Notes: a model not told the origin generated them from the sequence alone. DNA of 64,000 nucleotides from Mobula hypostoma (GCF_963921235.1 NC_086118.1:59210001-59274000), one strand, 5' to 3'. Positions 39,085-52,233 are shown, numbered from the stretch's first letter. Translations and numbers: made by a program.

Positions 39085-40089
39085 CTGTGGATGAGAACAG
39101 GGTGTTACTGCCCCAAAGAACCATCAGAGGATCTGAACAATACCCAACAATACCTTGGGCTCTCCACGGACACTGACAGGGAGATGGGCATAACTTTGTT
39201 TGCCTATTTTCTTACAAAAACATGTTTAATATAAATTATACTCTTCAATACCACACCAGAGACAAAGACTGACTAACAAAAACTAAATTAAAATATTCCC
39301 ATCACAAACAAGAGAAAACCTGCAGATGCTGTAAATTCAGAACAACACACGCAAAATGCTGGAGAAACTCAGAAGGTCAGACAGCATCTGTGGAAAAGAG
39401 TGATCAGTTGACGTTTCAGGCTGACAACCTTCATGAGGACCTGATGCCTCAAAGCATCGACTGTTTACTCTTTTCCACCGATGCTGCCTGACCTGCTGAG
39501 TTCCTCCAGCATTTTGTTTGGGTTGGTACTCCCTGTCAAGAAGGGCACTTATCCCCTGCAGTGCCCAATGATCCCAGAATTCCTCCTTGGTACCCACGGA
39601 CACTGTTGTGCCCTCTCCACAGTAATCCAAGCACAGACAATACCTCTGGAACATCACCTGGCAGTTGGCCCAGTCAGAACCCCCCGCTGCCCACATCCAG
39701 GACCCATGGATAGCAACCCTTGCTAACCTCAGGATGGAGTCTGCTAGGACTACTGGATGACTGCATAGAAATTTGGTGGGGCCATCCCTACTTGCCCTGG
39801 GATTATGACAGGACATTACAATTGTTTTGTTGTCATCTGTGATATGTTGCAGGAGCTTTCAAGAGACAGTGGGAAGGATAAAATGTGTAAGGCTGGGGAA
39901 CAAACAGCAGCTGCAGGGCAGGTTTAAGCAGCTGACTGATGCAACACTCTCCTGCCCTGAATGTTCCCCTCAATCTCTGACCTTCCCTCCAGTTTCCAAG
40001 TCACTCACGAAAACATCTTCACCCGACATTCTTGGTGCTGTCTGCATTAACAATTCTCATCACCTGTCTCGGTCAGAATAATATGATGA

Positions 40090-41050
40090 GACAGTGTGGA
40101 GGGAGTTTCACTCTGTGTCTGACCCTGGAGTGTGTGATGGGATGGTGTGGAGGGAGATTCACTCTGTGTCTAACCCTGAGAGTGTGTGATGGGACGGTGT
40201 GGAGGGAGCTTCATTCTGTGTCTGACCCTGGAGTGTGTGATGGGACGGTGTGGAGGGAGCTTCATTCTGTGTCTGACCCTGGGAGTGTGTGATGGGATGG
40301 TGTGGAGGGAGCTTCATTCTGTGTCTGACCCTGGGAGTGTGTGATGGGATGGTGTGGAGGGAGTATCACTCTATGTCTAACCCCGGGAGTGTGTGGAGGG
40401 AGATTCACTCTGTGTCTAACCCTGAGAGTGTGTGATGGGATGGTGTGGAGGGAGATTCACTCTGTGTCTGACCCCGGGAGTGTGTGATGGGACGGTGTGG
40501 AGGGAGATTCTCTCTATGTCTAACCCCGGGAGTGTGTGGAGGGAGATTCACTCTGTGTCTGACCCCGGGAGTGTGTGATGGGACGGTGTGGAGGGAGATT
40601 CTCTCTATGTCTAACCCCGGGAGTGTGTGGAGGGAGATTCACTCTGTGTCTAACCCTGGGAGTGTGTGATGGGATGGTGTGGAGGGAGCTTCACTCTGTG
40701 TCTGACCCCGGGAGTGTGTGATGGGACGGTGTGGAGGGAGCTTCACTCTGTCTGACCCTGGAGTGTGTGATGGGACAGTATGGAGGGAGATTCACTCTGT
40801 GTCTGACCCCGGGAGTGTGTGATGGGACGGTGTGGAGGGAGATTCTCTCTATGTCTAACCCCGGGAGTGTGTGGAGGGAGATTCACTCTGTGTCTAACCC
40901 TGGGAGTGTGTGATGGGATGGTGTGGAGGGAGCTTCACTCTGTGTCTGACCCCGGGAGTGTGTGATGGGACGGTGTGGAGGGAGCTTCACTCTGTCTGAC
41001 CCTGGAGTGTGTGATGGGACAGTATGGAGGGAGCCTCACTCTGTGTCTGA
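40090..41050. repeat. Minisatellite, unit about 51 bp with shorter variants
   Basis: Tandem GGGAGTGTGTGATGGGACGGTGTGGAGGGAGCTTCACTCTGTGTCTGACCC-like units. Confidence 0.9.
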
Positions 41051-41805
41051 CTCATTCTAACAGGTTGGCTCAATATTTAAGAGCCAGAGAGACTGAATCA
41101 TACAGCACAAATACAGACCATTCAGCCCACCAACTCTGCATTTATACAAATTGCACTTGTAAGTGTGTAAGTAGCAGCCATCAGGTTCTGACCCCTGCAG
41201 TAACAGGCTCCCTAAGTGGCCAGGCTCAAACCCCTGCAGTAACGGGCTCTCTGACTGGTCAGGCCGTCAGGTTCCGAACCCCTGCAGTAACGGATTCTCC
41301 AACTGGTCAGGGTGTCAGGTTCTGATCACCTGTAGTAATGGGCTCTCTAACTGGTCAGGAGCCCCATGAACTGATCCCTTACCTGTCTAAACCAAAAGGT
41401 TCAGTACAACATTGTGGGCTGAATGGCCTGTTACTGTACTGTTCTATGCTCTATGTTTGTGGGATACAATCTTCTATCACCCCTCACAGTGTGCACCACA
41501 CAGCCACCACACTCTGTATAAAACCTTACCTCTAATACCCCCCTGTAATTTCCTCCAATCACCTTAAAATTATGGCCCCTCGTATTAGCCATTTCCACCC
41601 TGGGAAAATGTCTTTGTCTGTCCACTCGATCTATGCCTCTTATCATCTTGTACACCTCTATCAAGTCTCCTCTCACCCTAGCTCACTCAACTTGTCCTCA
41701 TAAAACATGCTCTCTAATCCAGAAGCATGCTGGTAAATCTCCTCTGCACCCTCTCTAAAGCTTCCACATCCTTCCTATGATAGTTGACCAGAAATGAACA
41801 CAATA

Positions 41806-44340
41806 TTCCGAATCGAGAAGCCAGCTCTGATCCCAGCTCTCATCCATGTCGGGTCTTCACCGTCCCCTCTGACCCTTCCCTCTCTGAGGCAGAACGTTCT
41901 GTCCTAAGTAAGGGCCTCACCTTTGACCCCTGTGCCCACACGTCACTGAGTTCCACGACCACCAAGAAGCTGAGTTCTTCTTCTGCTGCCTCTGTCTCTG
42001 TGCCTATTTCTTTGGCAAGGACTCTCCACCCCGCAATGATAACCCTCCTCCTCTTCCTAGACACCCCAGCCTGCTGCCTGCTCTGGACTTTTTCACTGCC
42101 AACTGCCGATGGACATCAACCATCTCAACTTCATACTCCTCTCTCCAATTCCAACTTCACTCCCCAAATGCCCAGCTCTCCACTCCCTCCACACCAATCC
42201 TAACCTCACCATCAAACTCGCAGATAAGGGAGGTGCTGTAGTAATCTAGCACACTGACCTCTACCTGCTGAGGCCAAGCACCAACTCTCAGACACCTCCT
42301 CTTATTTACCCCTTGAACAGGACCCCATTGAGGAACACCAGGCCATTGTCTCCTACACCATCACCAATCTTATTGGCGCTGGGGATCTCCCATCCACTGC
42401 CACCAACCTCATCGTTCCCACACCCTGCACCTCCCATTTCTACTACCTATCCAAAATCCACAAACCCATTTGTCCAGGTAGACACATTGTTTCAGCTTGT
42501 TCCTGAGCCTCTGAACTCATATATGCACACCTCGACTCTAATTTTATCCCCCTGATCCAGTCCCTTCCCACCTACATCCATGACACCTGACACACTTTGG
42601 ATCTTTTCAATGATTTCAAGTTCCCTGGCCCCCATCACCTTATTTTTACTGTGGATGTCCAATCTCTTTACACCTCCATACCCCACCAGGAAGACCTCAA
42701 AGCTCTTAGTTTCTTTCTGGACACCAGACCCAACCAGTACCTCTCCACCACCACTCTCCTCTGCCTAGTGGAACTTGTCCTTATTTTAAATAATTTCTCC
42801 TTTGGCTCCTCCCACTTCCTTCAAACAAAAGGTGTGTGTCCATTGGCACTCACACGGGTCCCAGCTATGCCTGCCTTTTTGTTGGCTACATGGAACAGTC
42901 TATGTTCCAAGCCCACACTAGTGCCCGTCCACACTTTTCCTACGCTACATCGACAACTGCATTGGTGCTGCTTCTTGCACTCATGCTGAACGCGTCAATT
43001 TCATCCACTCTGCCTCCAACTTATACCCTGCCCTCACATTTACCTGGTTTATTTCTGACACCTCCCTCCCCTTTCTCGATCTCACTGTCTCTATCTCTGG
43101 AGATAGCTTATCTATTGATGCCTATTACAAACCCATGGACTCTCACAGTTACCTGGACTATTCCTCCTCCCACCCTGTTACTTGTAAAAACACTATCCCC
43201 TTCTCTCAATTCTTCCATCTCTGCTGCATCTGCTCTCAGGATGAGGCATTTCATTCCAGAACGAAGGAGATGTCCTCCTTCTACAAAGAAAGAGGCTTCC
43301 CTTCTTCCGCTGCCCTCAACCACATCTCTTCCATTTCATGCATGTCTGCTCTCACCCCATCCTCCCGCCACCCCACCAGGGATGAGGTTCCTCTTGTCCT
43401 CACCTACCACCCCACCAGCCTCCGTGTCCAACACATAATTCTCTGCAATTTCTGCCATTTCCAATGGGATCCCACCACCAAGCACATCTTTCCCTCCCCT
43501 CCCTTCTGCTTTCTGCAAGGATCGCTCCCTACGCGACTCCTTGTCCATTCGTCCCTCCCCACTGATCTCCCTCCTAGCACGTATCCTTGCAAGTGGAACA
43601 AGTGCTACACCTGTCCCTACACCACCTCTCTCACTACCATTCAGGGCCCCAAACAGTCCTTCCAGGTGAGGCAACACTTCGCCTGTGAGTCTGGTAAGGT
43701 TATGTACTGTGTCCGGTGCTCCTGGTGTGGCCTTCTGTACATCTGTGAGACCTGACGTAGACTGGGAGACCGCTTTGCCGAGCACCTACGCTCCATCCGT
43801 CAGAAAAAGCGGTATCTCATATTTTAATTCCACTCCCCATTCCATTATGTCTATCCATGGCCTCCTCTACTGTCAAGATGAAGCCACACTCAGTTTGGAG
43901 GAACAACACCTTATATTCTATCTGAGTAGCCTCCAATCTAATGGCATGAACAGTGATTTCTCGAACTTCTGATAATGCCTCCCCCCCTCCTTCACCATTC
44001 CCCATCCCCTTTTCCCTCTCTCACCACCCATCACCTCCCTCTGGTGCTCCTCCCCCTCTTCTTTCATCCATGGCATTCTGTCCTCTCCTATCAGTCTCCT
44101 CCTTCTCCAGGCCCTGTACCTCTTTCACCAATCAACTTCCCAGCTCTTTACTTCACCCCTCCCCCTCGCAGTTTCACCTACCACCTTGTGTTTCTCTCTC
44201 CCTTTCCCCCACCTTTAAAATCTATTCCTCGGCTTTTTTTCTCTAGTCTTGTTGAAGGGTTTCTGGCCAAAAAGTCAACCGTACATTTCTCCATAGATGC
44301 TGCCTGGCCTGCTGAGTTCCTCCAGCATTTTGTGTGTTGC
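41806..44340 (+). mobile_element. Penelope-like retroelement (RT and GIY-YIG endonuclease), degenerate
   Basis: LSEAERSVLSKGL, FTVDVQSLYTSIP, GPSYACLFVGYMEQ and GIY-YIG-like VMYCVRCSWCGLLYICET...RFAEHL. Its terminal segment GCTGCCTGGCCTGCTGAGTTCCTCCAGCA recurs elsewhere in the window. Confidence 0.85.
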
Positions 44341-46109
44341 AACAATATTCCAAGTGTGGTCTAACAAAGGTTTTATAGAGCTGCAGAGTTACCTTGTGGC
44401 TCTTGAACTCAATGCCCTGCCTAATGAAGGCCACACACCGTATACCTTAATCACTGAACAAATTGTGCAGCAGCTTTGAGGGATCTATGGATGTGGAACC
44501 GCAAGATTCCTATGTTAAGAATCTTGCCATGAACTCTGTATTCTGCCTTCAAGTTCAACCTCACAAAATAAATCACCTTACACTTTATAGGATTGAATTC
44601 CGTCTCCCCGAGGTGAAACCAGTTCATAAGAATATCCACGTGTAGTAAATGACTCCTTCCCTCCCAAGGGTGATGCCTGAGTTACTGCGGTCTATCTTGC
44701 TGACTGGGGTTGGACCGGACAGTCACACTGCACGACTACCTGCTTGTAGTGGGGAGAGCCTCCCGTTTCGGCAGACATGTTAAAGCACCGACTTCTCCCT
44801 TCTCAGGCTCTGTATGATGTGGACCAGGCAGCCCTCTCTCATCAGGTAGCAGTGGGGAGCTGGAGGGGGATGTAGATAGTTTTTGCCTTTTCCCCCAGGG
44901 CACATGTTAATGACATAATCTACATCCTCATATGCAAGTGACAGTGTCAGGTGAGATCACATTGTGAGCTGCTGGAACTTCAACTCCACCGGGTGAAGCG
45001 GCTTTCAGAGTGTCAGTGATGTGTGTGAGGCAGAGGGAGGAGGGAGATACTGACGGAGGAGGGGGCAGAGAAGATTCCACACACAGAAGGTATGCTGGAA
45101 AGGTATGAGAGGCAACACAATACTCAGTCTCATCTACACTCCCACCCCTCCAAACCACTGGTACTGACCCAACACACATCTGCAGGACACACGCAGCTCA
45201 GTTCTGCTCAGCTTCACCAGAAGTATGCTTCAAGCAGAGAGACATGGATCACAATACATTACAGCACAATACAGGTCTTTCGTCCCACAATGTCGTGCTG
45301 ATTTTTTAACCCACTCCAAAATCTCTCCTTCCCACATAGCCCTCTATTTTTCTATCACCCATTCACTATCTAAGAGCCTCTTAAATGTCCCTAATGTTTC
45401 TACTTCGGCCAGTAACCATTGCAGGGCATTCCACGCACCACCATTCTGTGTGAAATACCTATGTCTGACAGCAGTCCCTTTACTTTCCCCCAGTCACCTT
45501 AAAATTATGACCCTTGTATTAGCCATTTCCGCCCTGGGAAAGAAATCCATAATACCACAGGCTGCAGGAGCAGAGTTAGGCCATTCAGCCCATCAAGTCA
45601 GCTGCACCATTCCACCATGGCCGATTTATTATCCCTCTCAACCCCATTCTCCTGCCTTTTCCCCGCGATCTTTGATGCTCTGACTAATCAAGAACATATC
45701 ATCCTCCGCTTGGTCTCCCTACGGGCCTGCAGTAATGAATTTCACAGATTCACTACTGTCTGACTGAAGAAATTCCTCCTCATTTCTGTTCTAAAGAAGC
45801 ATCCCTCTATTCTGATGCTGTGCCCTCCGGTCCTCAACTCCCCCAGTCTATCGAGGCCTTTCAACATTCAATAGGTTTCAGTGAAATCCCCCTCATTCTT
45901 CTAAACTCTAATGAGTACACACACACACACAGACATCAAACGCTCCTCACACATTAACCCTTTCATTGCCAGGATCATTCTCATGACCCTCCTCTGCAGC
46001 CTCTCCTGAGAATGAGAGGTGGTGGACGATGGAACCACGAGCGATCGGGGTTTCACTGTGGAGGGACACAGTGATGGGAACAGATACAGAACAACTGCAT
46101 GGATTGACA

Positions 46110-46975
46110 AGACATTCCCTCAGTGACCCCTCTCCCCCAGCACCCTGTATCACTGCCTATCCCCATTGACCTTAACCCAACTGCCTCACACTGTCCCTCA
46201 GTGACCCCTCTCCCCCAGAACCCTGTGACACTAACTGTATCCCCACTGACGTTAACCCAGCTCCCTCACACTGTCCCTCAGTGACCCCTCTCCCCCAGCA
46301 CCCTGTATCACTGCCTATCCCCATTGACCTTAACCCAACTGCCTCACACTGTCTCTCAGTGACCTCTCTCCCCCAGCGCCGTGTCACTGACTGTATCCCC
46401 ACTGACGTGAATCTTGCTCCCTCACACCATCCCTCAGTGACCCCTCTCCACAGCCTCGTGTCACTGACTGTATCCCTACTGCCTGTGACACTAACTGTAT
46501 CCCCACTGCCGTTAACCCAGCTCCCTCACACTGTCCACAGTGACCCCTCTCCCCAGCGCCGTGTCACTGACTGTCCCCACTGACATTAACCCAGCTCCCT
46601 TGCACTGTCTCTCAGTGACCCCTCTCCCCCAGAACCGTGTCACTGACTGTATCCCTACTGCCTGTGTCACTAACTGTATCCCTACTGACATTAACCCAGC
46701 TCCCTCACACCATCTCTCAGTGACCCCTCCCAGTGCCGTGTCACTGACACTAACCCAGCTCCCTTGCACTATCTCTCAGTGACCCCTCTCCCCCAGTGTC
46801 CTGACACTGAGTGTATCCCTACTGACATTAACCCAGCTCCCTCACACCGTCTCTCAGTGACCCCTCTCCCCCAGAACCCTGTGTCACTGACTGTATCCCT
46901 ACTGACGTTAACCCAGCTCCTTCACACCGTCTCTCAGTGACCCCTCCCCAGTGCCCTGTGTCACTGACATGAACC
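46110..46975. repeat. Irregular minisatellite (units about 60-76 bp) just downstream of the ABCC3 exon 23a donor
   Basis: Tandem CTCAGTGACCCCTCTCCCCCAG...TGTCACTGACTGTATCCC...TTAACCCAGCTCCCTCACAC units. Confidence 0.85.
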
Positions 46976-47121
46976 CAACTCCTGTGTTCCCAGGTCTGGG
47001 AGTCAACTGGGAACCTTTGGTCGCTAAGGTGGAGGCAGTGGGTTGTATCTGGCAGAGTCCGCAATCGTTTGCTACAGCAGAGGTTGCCTGTGTGAAGATG
47101 GAGAGATGGTTTGGAAGATAC

Positions 47122-47432
47122 CTGAACGAGAATGTAGACCAGGACCAGTGGCACTATGATTAAAGTGAACCACGGTGTGCTGATCATGATTACTATCATT
47201 GTGGACAGGGAGATGAAGAATGTTGCGAGGAACATCTGGAATGTGATTGGGATCACTTCGTCAATCACGTTAATGTCCTTGCCGAAGCGATTGATGATGC
47301 GCCCGATGGGTGTGGTGTCATAGAATGCCTGAGGTGTGTGCAACTTGTTGTCCAAGAGCTGTGAGTGGAGCTGCCGCGCAGCACCCAGGCCTCCGACCAT
47401 CAGTGTGAAGGAGGCGATCATTACTAGCAACC
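47122..47432 (-). CDS. ABCC3: ABCC3 exon 23 ('23a', 311 bp), TM13-TM15 region, canonical copy
   Basis: Encodes (G)LLVMIASFTLMVGGLGAARQLHSQLLDNKLHTPQAFYDTTPIGRIINRFGKDINVIDEVIP...LVYILVQ. The NKxxxPQ motif is ABCC3-like. Confidence 0.95.
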
Positions 47433-48221
47433 CTGCGGTGAAAACACAATGCAATTCCAGAGTGACGGTTAGCACACGGACTGAGCGTCACATCCCGACC
47501 TCCCACAGCCTGGGCACCAAGCACCCTCCTGACGATCCAGGGCAACACAGCAACACTGTCCCCCACCCCACTCCCCATCAACTCCCCCCACACTCCAGCA
47601 ATCCAGGCACAGCAACACTACCCCCACACCCTCAACCCAATCACTGAAGCTGCCCTCCACAAGCAGATTCAGAGAAACCCAAGTCTCCCACACCATAGCT
47701 CCTTCAACTCCCCACCAATGCGCGGTGGTCCCTCCCCACTAACACCAATCAACACACATTCACCGGATCAATGCGGGGTTCAGTCTGAGAGAGGTACAGC
47801 AGTATGGGGTACTGGGGGAGCCTGATTGGAAGGGGAGTGGTTCTGCTCTGGGACCCACCTGAGGCTCTGATTGGACCCATTCCTCTCCTTATCCTGTACC
47901 CACCAGTCCAACTCCCAACAGCAGTCCTCACCAACGCCTTCCCCCTCAGGCAGCTCACTGGGCTTGGTACCCAGCCCTCCAGGGCTTCGACTGAGGGGGC
48001 ACCTCTAACTGACTTGTTCAGAATGCTGGAAGGGACCTGCAGATGTCAGGAGCAGGAGTACTGAGACCTGCAGAGCCACTATCATCTCCCCAGTTCTGGT
48101 ACAGGGCATGGCTGGAGTCCAGACACCCTCCCTGTTCATAGCTGGTCCTGTAATCACAGCCAGTCTGTTCAGTTCCCCCACCCCACTGCTCCTGAGCTCA
48201 GAGGGGAGTTTAGAGCCTTAC

Positions 48222-48429
48222 CCTGTGTTAGGCCGAGAGCTGCATACACCCCTACCCGCAGTCGGGTTGTGTCGGCCGTCTTGTTGTTGTCAGCGTCGTT
48301 GGTCCAGTCACTGAGCCAGAAGTTGGCACCGATCGCCGCGGCATTCTGGCAGCAGTATAACAGGCAAATGAGCAGGGAGCTGCAGGGGCCAACAGCCTTC
48401 AGGTACTGCCAGAACACCACCAGCTTCAC
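48222..48429 (-). CDS. ABCC3: ABCC3 exon 22 (208 bp), TM12
   Basis: Encodes VKLVVFWQYLKAVG...AAIGANFWLSDWTND...RVGVYAALGLTQ(G). Ends in phase 1. Confidence 0.95.
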
Positions 48430-48661
48430 CTGAAACCAGAGCCCAATGTCACACTTTGAGACCAGCTTCCCCCCATGGCACAGACCCACCACCACCAACA
48501 GTGCCACAGATCAGTGCCAACAAGCATCCTGTCCAGAAACTCCAATCTCCACACTCTGTACAGGGTTCACTGTCTGGGGAGAGCGGGCTAGCAGTCATTT
48601 GGGGGCTGTACGTCCCAGATCGGTGCTGTGGAGACAGAACATCATGCTGTTGTTTGGTCTC

Positions 48662-49597
48662 ACCCCCCCACACCGACTGCCCAGCTTGGCAATGGCCAAC
48701 CCCTCCACCTGCACCCCCACACCGACTGCCCAGCTTGGCAATGGCCAACCCCTCCACCTGCACCTTCTCACCGACTGCCCACCTTGGCAATGGCCAACCC
48801 CTCCACCTGCACCCCCACACCGACTGCCCAGCTTGGTAATGGCCAACCCCTCCACCTGCACCTTCTCACCAACTGCCCAGCTTGGCAATGGCCAACCCCT
48901 CCACCTGCACCCCCACACCGACTGCCCAGCTTGGCAATGGCCAACCCCTCCACCTGCACCTTCTCACCGACTGCCCACCTTGGCAATGGCCAACCCCTCC
49001 ACCTGCACCCCCACACCGACTGCCCAGCTTGGCAATGGCCAACCCCTCCACCTGCACCTTCTCACCGACTGCCCACCTTGGCAATGGCCAACCCCTCCAC
49101 CTGCACCTTCTCACCAACTGCCCAGCTTGGCAATGGCCAACCCCTCCACCTGCACCCCCACACCGACTGCCCAGCTTGGCAATGGCCAACCCCTCCACCT
49201 GCACCCCCACACCGACTGCCCAGCTTGGCAATGGCCAACCCCTCCACCTGCACCTTCTCACCAACTGCCCAGCTTGGCAATGGCCAACCCCTCCACCTGC
49301 ACCCCCACACCGACTGCCCAGCTTGGCAATGGCCAACCCCTCCACCTGCACCCCCACACCGACTGCCCAGCTTGGCAATGGCCAACCCCTCCACCTGCAC
49401 CTTCTCACCGACTGCCCACCTTGGCAATGGCCAACCCCTCCACCTGCACCTTCTCACCGACTGCCCAGCTTGGCAATGGCCAACCCCTCCACCTGCACCT
49501 TCTCACCGACTGTCCACCTTGGCAATGGCCAACCCCTCCACCTGCACCTTCTCACCGATTGCCCAGCTTGGCAATAGCCAACCCCTCCACCTGCACT
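48662..49597. repeat. 49-bp tandem repeat, about 19 copies
   Basis: Unit CCGACTGCCCAGCTTGGCAATGGCCAACCCCTCCACCTGCACCCCCACA with two recurrent variant sites. Confidence 0.95.
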
Positions 49598-49849
49598 GAC
49601 AGTCCTACACCTTCTCACCTACAGCCTATCCATCTACTTACTACTCGCAGTCGGAAGCCTCCAACCCCTCTTTTCTCCCTCCTCACCCATAGTCCAGCCT
49701 CCTGGCTCCCAGCACTAGCTCGGCCTCACACCGTGGGATTTATTATCCCAGGACCCCACCACTGGAGTTTACGGCCATCATTGGAAAGATGGTGGGAAGT
49801 GGGATTCGGTCCTGGTCGGAGGGATCAGGCAGCCAGTGAGTGGCAGGGA

Positions 49850-52233
49850 AAACCACCCCAACCCCAGAAACCCCAACCCCAGCCCGCATCAGACCCCGGA
49901 AACCCCAATCCCTCCCTTCATCAGACCCCGGAAACCCCAACCCACCCCGCATCAGACCCCGGAAACCCCAACCCCAGCCCGCATCAGACCCCGGAAACCC
50001 CAACCCCAGCCCGCATCAGACCCCGGAAACCCCAACCCCACCCTGCATCAGACCCCGGAAACCCCAACCCCACCCCGCATCAGACCCCGGAAACCCCAAC
50101 CCCACCCCGCATCAGACCCCGGAAACCCCAACCCCACCCCGCATCAGACCCCGGAAACCCCAACCCCAGCCCGCATCAGACCCCGGAAACCCCAACCCCA
50201 GCCCGCATCAGACCCCGGAAACCCCAACCCCAGCCCGCATCAGACCCCGGAAACCCCAACCCCACCCCGCATCAGACCCCGGAAACCCCAACCCCACCCC
50301 GCATCAGACCCCGGAAACCCCAACCCCAGCCCGCATCAGACCCCGGAAACCCCAATCCCTCCCCTCATCAGACCCCGGAAACCCCAACCCCACCCCGCAT
50401 CAGACCCCGGAAACCCCAACCCCACCCCGCATCAGACCCCGGAAACCCCAACCCCAGCCCGCATCAGACCCCGGAAACCCCAACCCCACCCCGCATCAGA
50501 CCCCGGAAACCCCAACCCCACCCCGCATCAGACCCCGGAAACCCCAACCCCACCCCGCATCAGACCCCGGAAACCCCAACCCCACCCCGCATCAGACCCC
50601 GGAAACCCCAACCCCAGCCCGCATCAGACCCCGGAAACCCCAACCCCAGCCCGCATCAGACCCCGGAAACCCCAACCCCAGCCCGCATCAGACCCCGGAA
50701 ACCCCAACCCCAGCCCGCATCAGACCCCGGAAACCCCAACCCCAGCCCGCATCAGACCCCGGAAACCCCAACCCCAGCCCGCATCAGACCCCGGAAACCC
50801 CAACCCCAGCCCGCATCAGACCCCGGAAACCCCAACCCCAGCCCGCATCAGACCCCGGAAACCCCAACCCCAGCCCGCATCAGACCCCGGAAACCCCAAC
50901 CCCAGCCCGCATCAGACCCCGGAAACCCCAACCCCAGCCCGCATCAGACCCCGGAAACCCCAACCCCACCCCGCATCAGACCCCGGAAACCCCAACCCCA
51001 CCCTACATCAGACCCCGGAAACCCCAACCCCACCCTGCATCAGACCCCGGAAACCCCAACCCCACCCTACATCAGACCCCGGAAACCCCAACCCCACCCT
51101 ACATCAGACCCCGGAAACCCCAACCCCACCCCGCATCAGACCCCGGAAACCCCAACCCCACCCCGCATCAGACCCCGGAAACCCCAACCCCACCCCGCAT
51201 CAGACCCCGGAAACCCCAACCCCACCCCGCATCAGACCCCGGAAACCCCAACCCCACCCCGCATCAGACCCCGGAAACCCCAACCCCACCCTACATCAGA
51301 CCCCGGAAACCCCAACCCCACCCCGCATCAGACCCCGGAAACCCCAACCCCACCCCGCATCAGACCCCGGAAACCCCAACCCCACCCCGCATCAGACCCC
51401 GGAAACCCCAACCCCAGCCTGCATCAGACCCCGGAAACCCCAACCCCACCCTGCATCAGACCCCGGAAACCCCAACCCCACCCTGCATCAGACCCCGGAA
51501 ACCCCAACCCCACCCCGCATCAGACCCCGGAAACCCCAACCCCAGCCCGCATCAGACCCCGGAAACCCCAACCCCACCCCGCATCAGACCCCGGAAACCC
51601 CAACCCCAGCCCGCATCAGACCCCGGAAACCCCAACCCCACCCCGCATCAGACCCCGGAAACCCCAACCCCACCCCGCATCAGACCCCGGAAACCCCAAC
51701 CCCACCCCGCATCAGACCCCGGAAACCCCAACCCCAGCCCGCATCAGACCCCGGAAACCCCAACCCCACCCCGCATCAGACCCCGGAAACCCCAACCCCA
51801 CCCCGCATCAGACCCCGGAAACCCCAACCCCAGCCTGCATCAGATCCCGGAAACCCCAACCCCAGCCTGCATCAGACCCCGGAAACCCCAACCCCACCCT
51901 GCATCAGACCCCGGAAACCCCAACTCCACCCTGCATCAGACCCCGTTAAACCCCAACCCCACCCTACATCAGACCCCGGAAGCCCCAACCCCACCCAACA
52001 TCAGACCCCGTAAACCCCAACCCCACCCTGCATCAGACCCCGTAAACTCCAACCCCGCCCTGCATCAGACCCCGGAAATCCCAACCCCGCCCTGCATCAG
52101 ACCCTGTAAACCCCAACCCCGACCTACATCAGATCCCGGAAACCCCAACCCCACCCTACTTCAGACCCTGTAAACCCCAACCCCACCCTACATCAGACCC
52201 TGTAAACCCCAACCCCACCCTGCATCAGACCCC
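49850..52233. repeat. 32-bp C-rich tandem repeat, about 74 copies (G4-forming on the - strand)
   Basis: Unit CAGACCCCGGAAACCCCAACCCCA(C/G)CCCGCAT. Confidence 0.97.

Noticed and set aside
39088-48140. Docking/selector-type pairing between the intron after exon 22 (about 48123-48139) and the 23b polypyrimidine tract
   Set aside because: Only 7-8 contiguous complementary bases, expected by chance at this scale, and no counterpart found for 23a.
48446-52173. Very long + strand ORFs (1167, 725 and 777 aa) rich in Pro, His and Thr
   Set aside because: They arise from 49-bp and 32-bp tandem repeats that lack stops. All three frames give the same cyclic peptide, and the region is an ABCC3 intron on the opposite strand.
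40090-52233. Regularly spaced repeats suggesting a CRISPR array
   Set aside because: Head-to-tail minisatellites with no unique spacers, no cas genes, and a vertebrate context.
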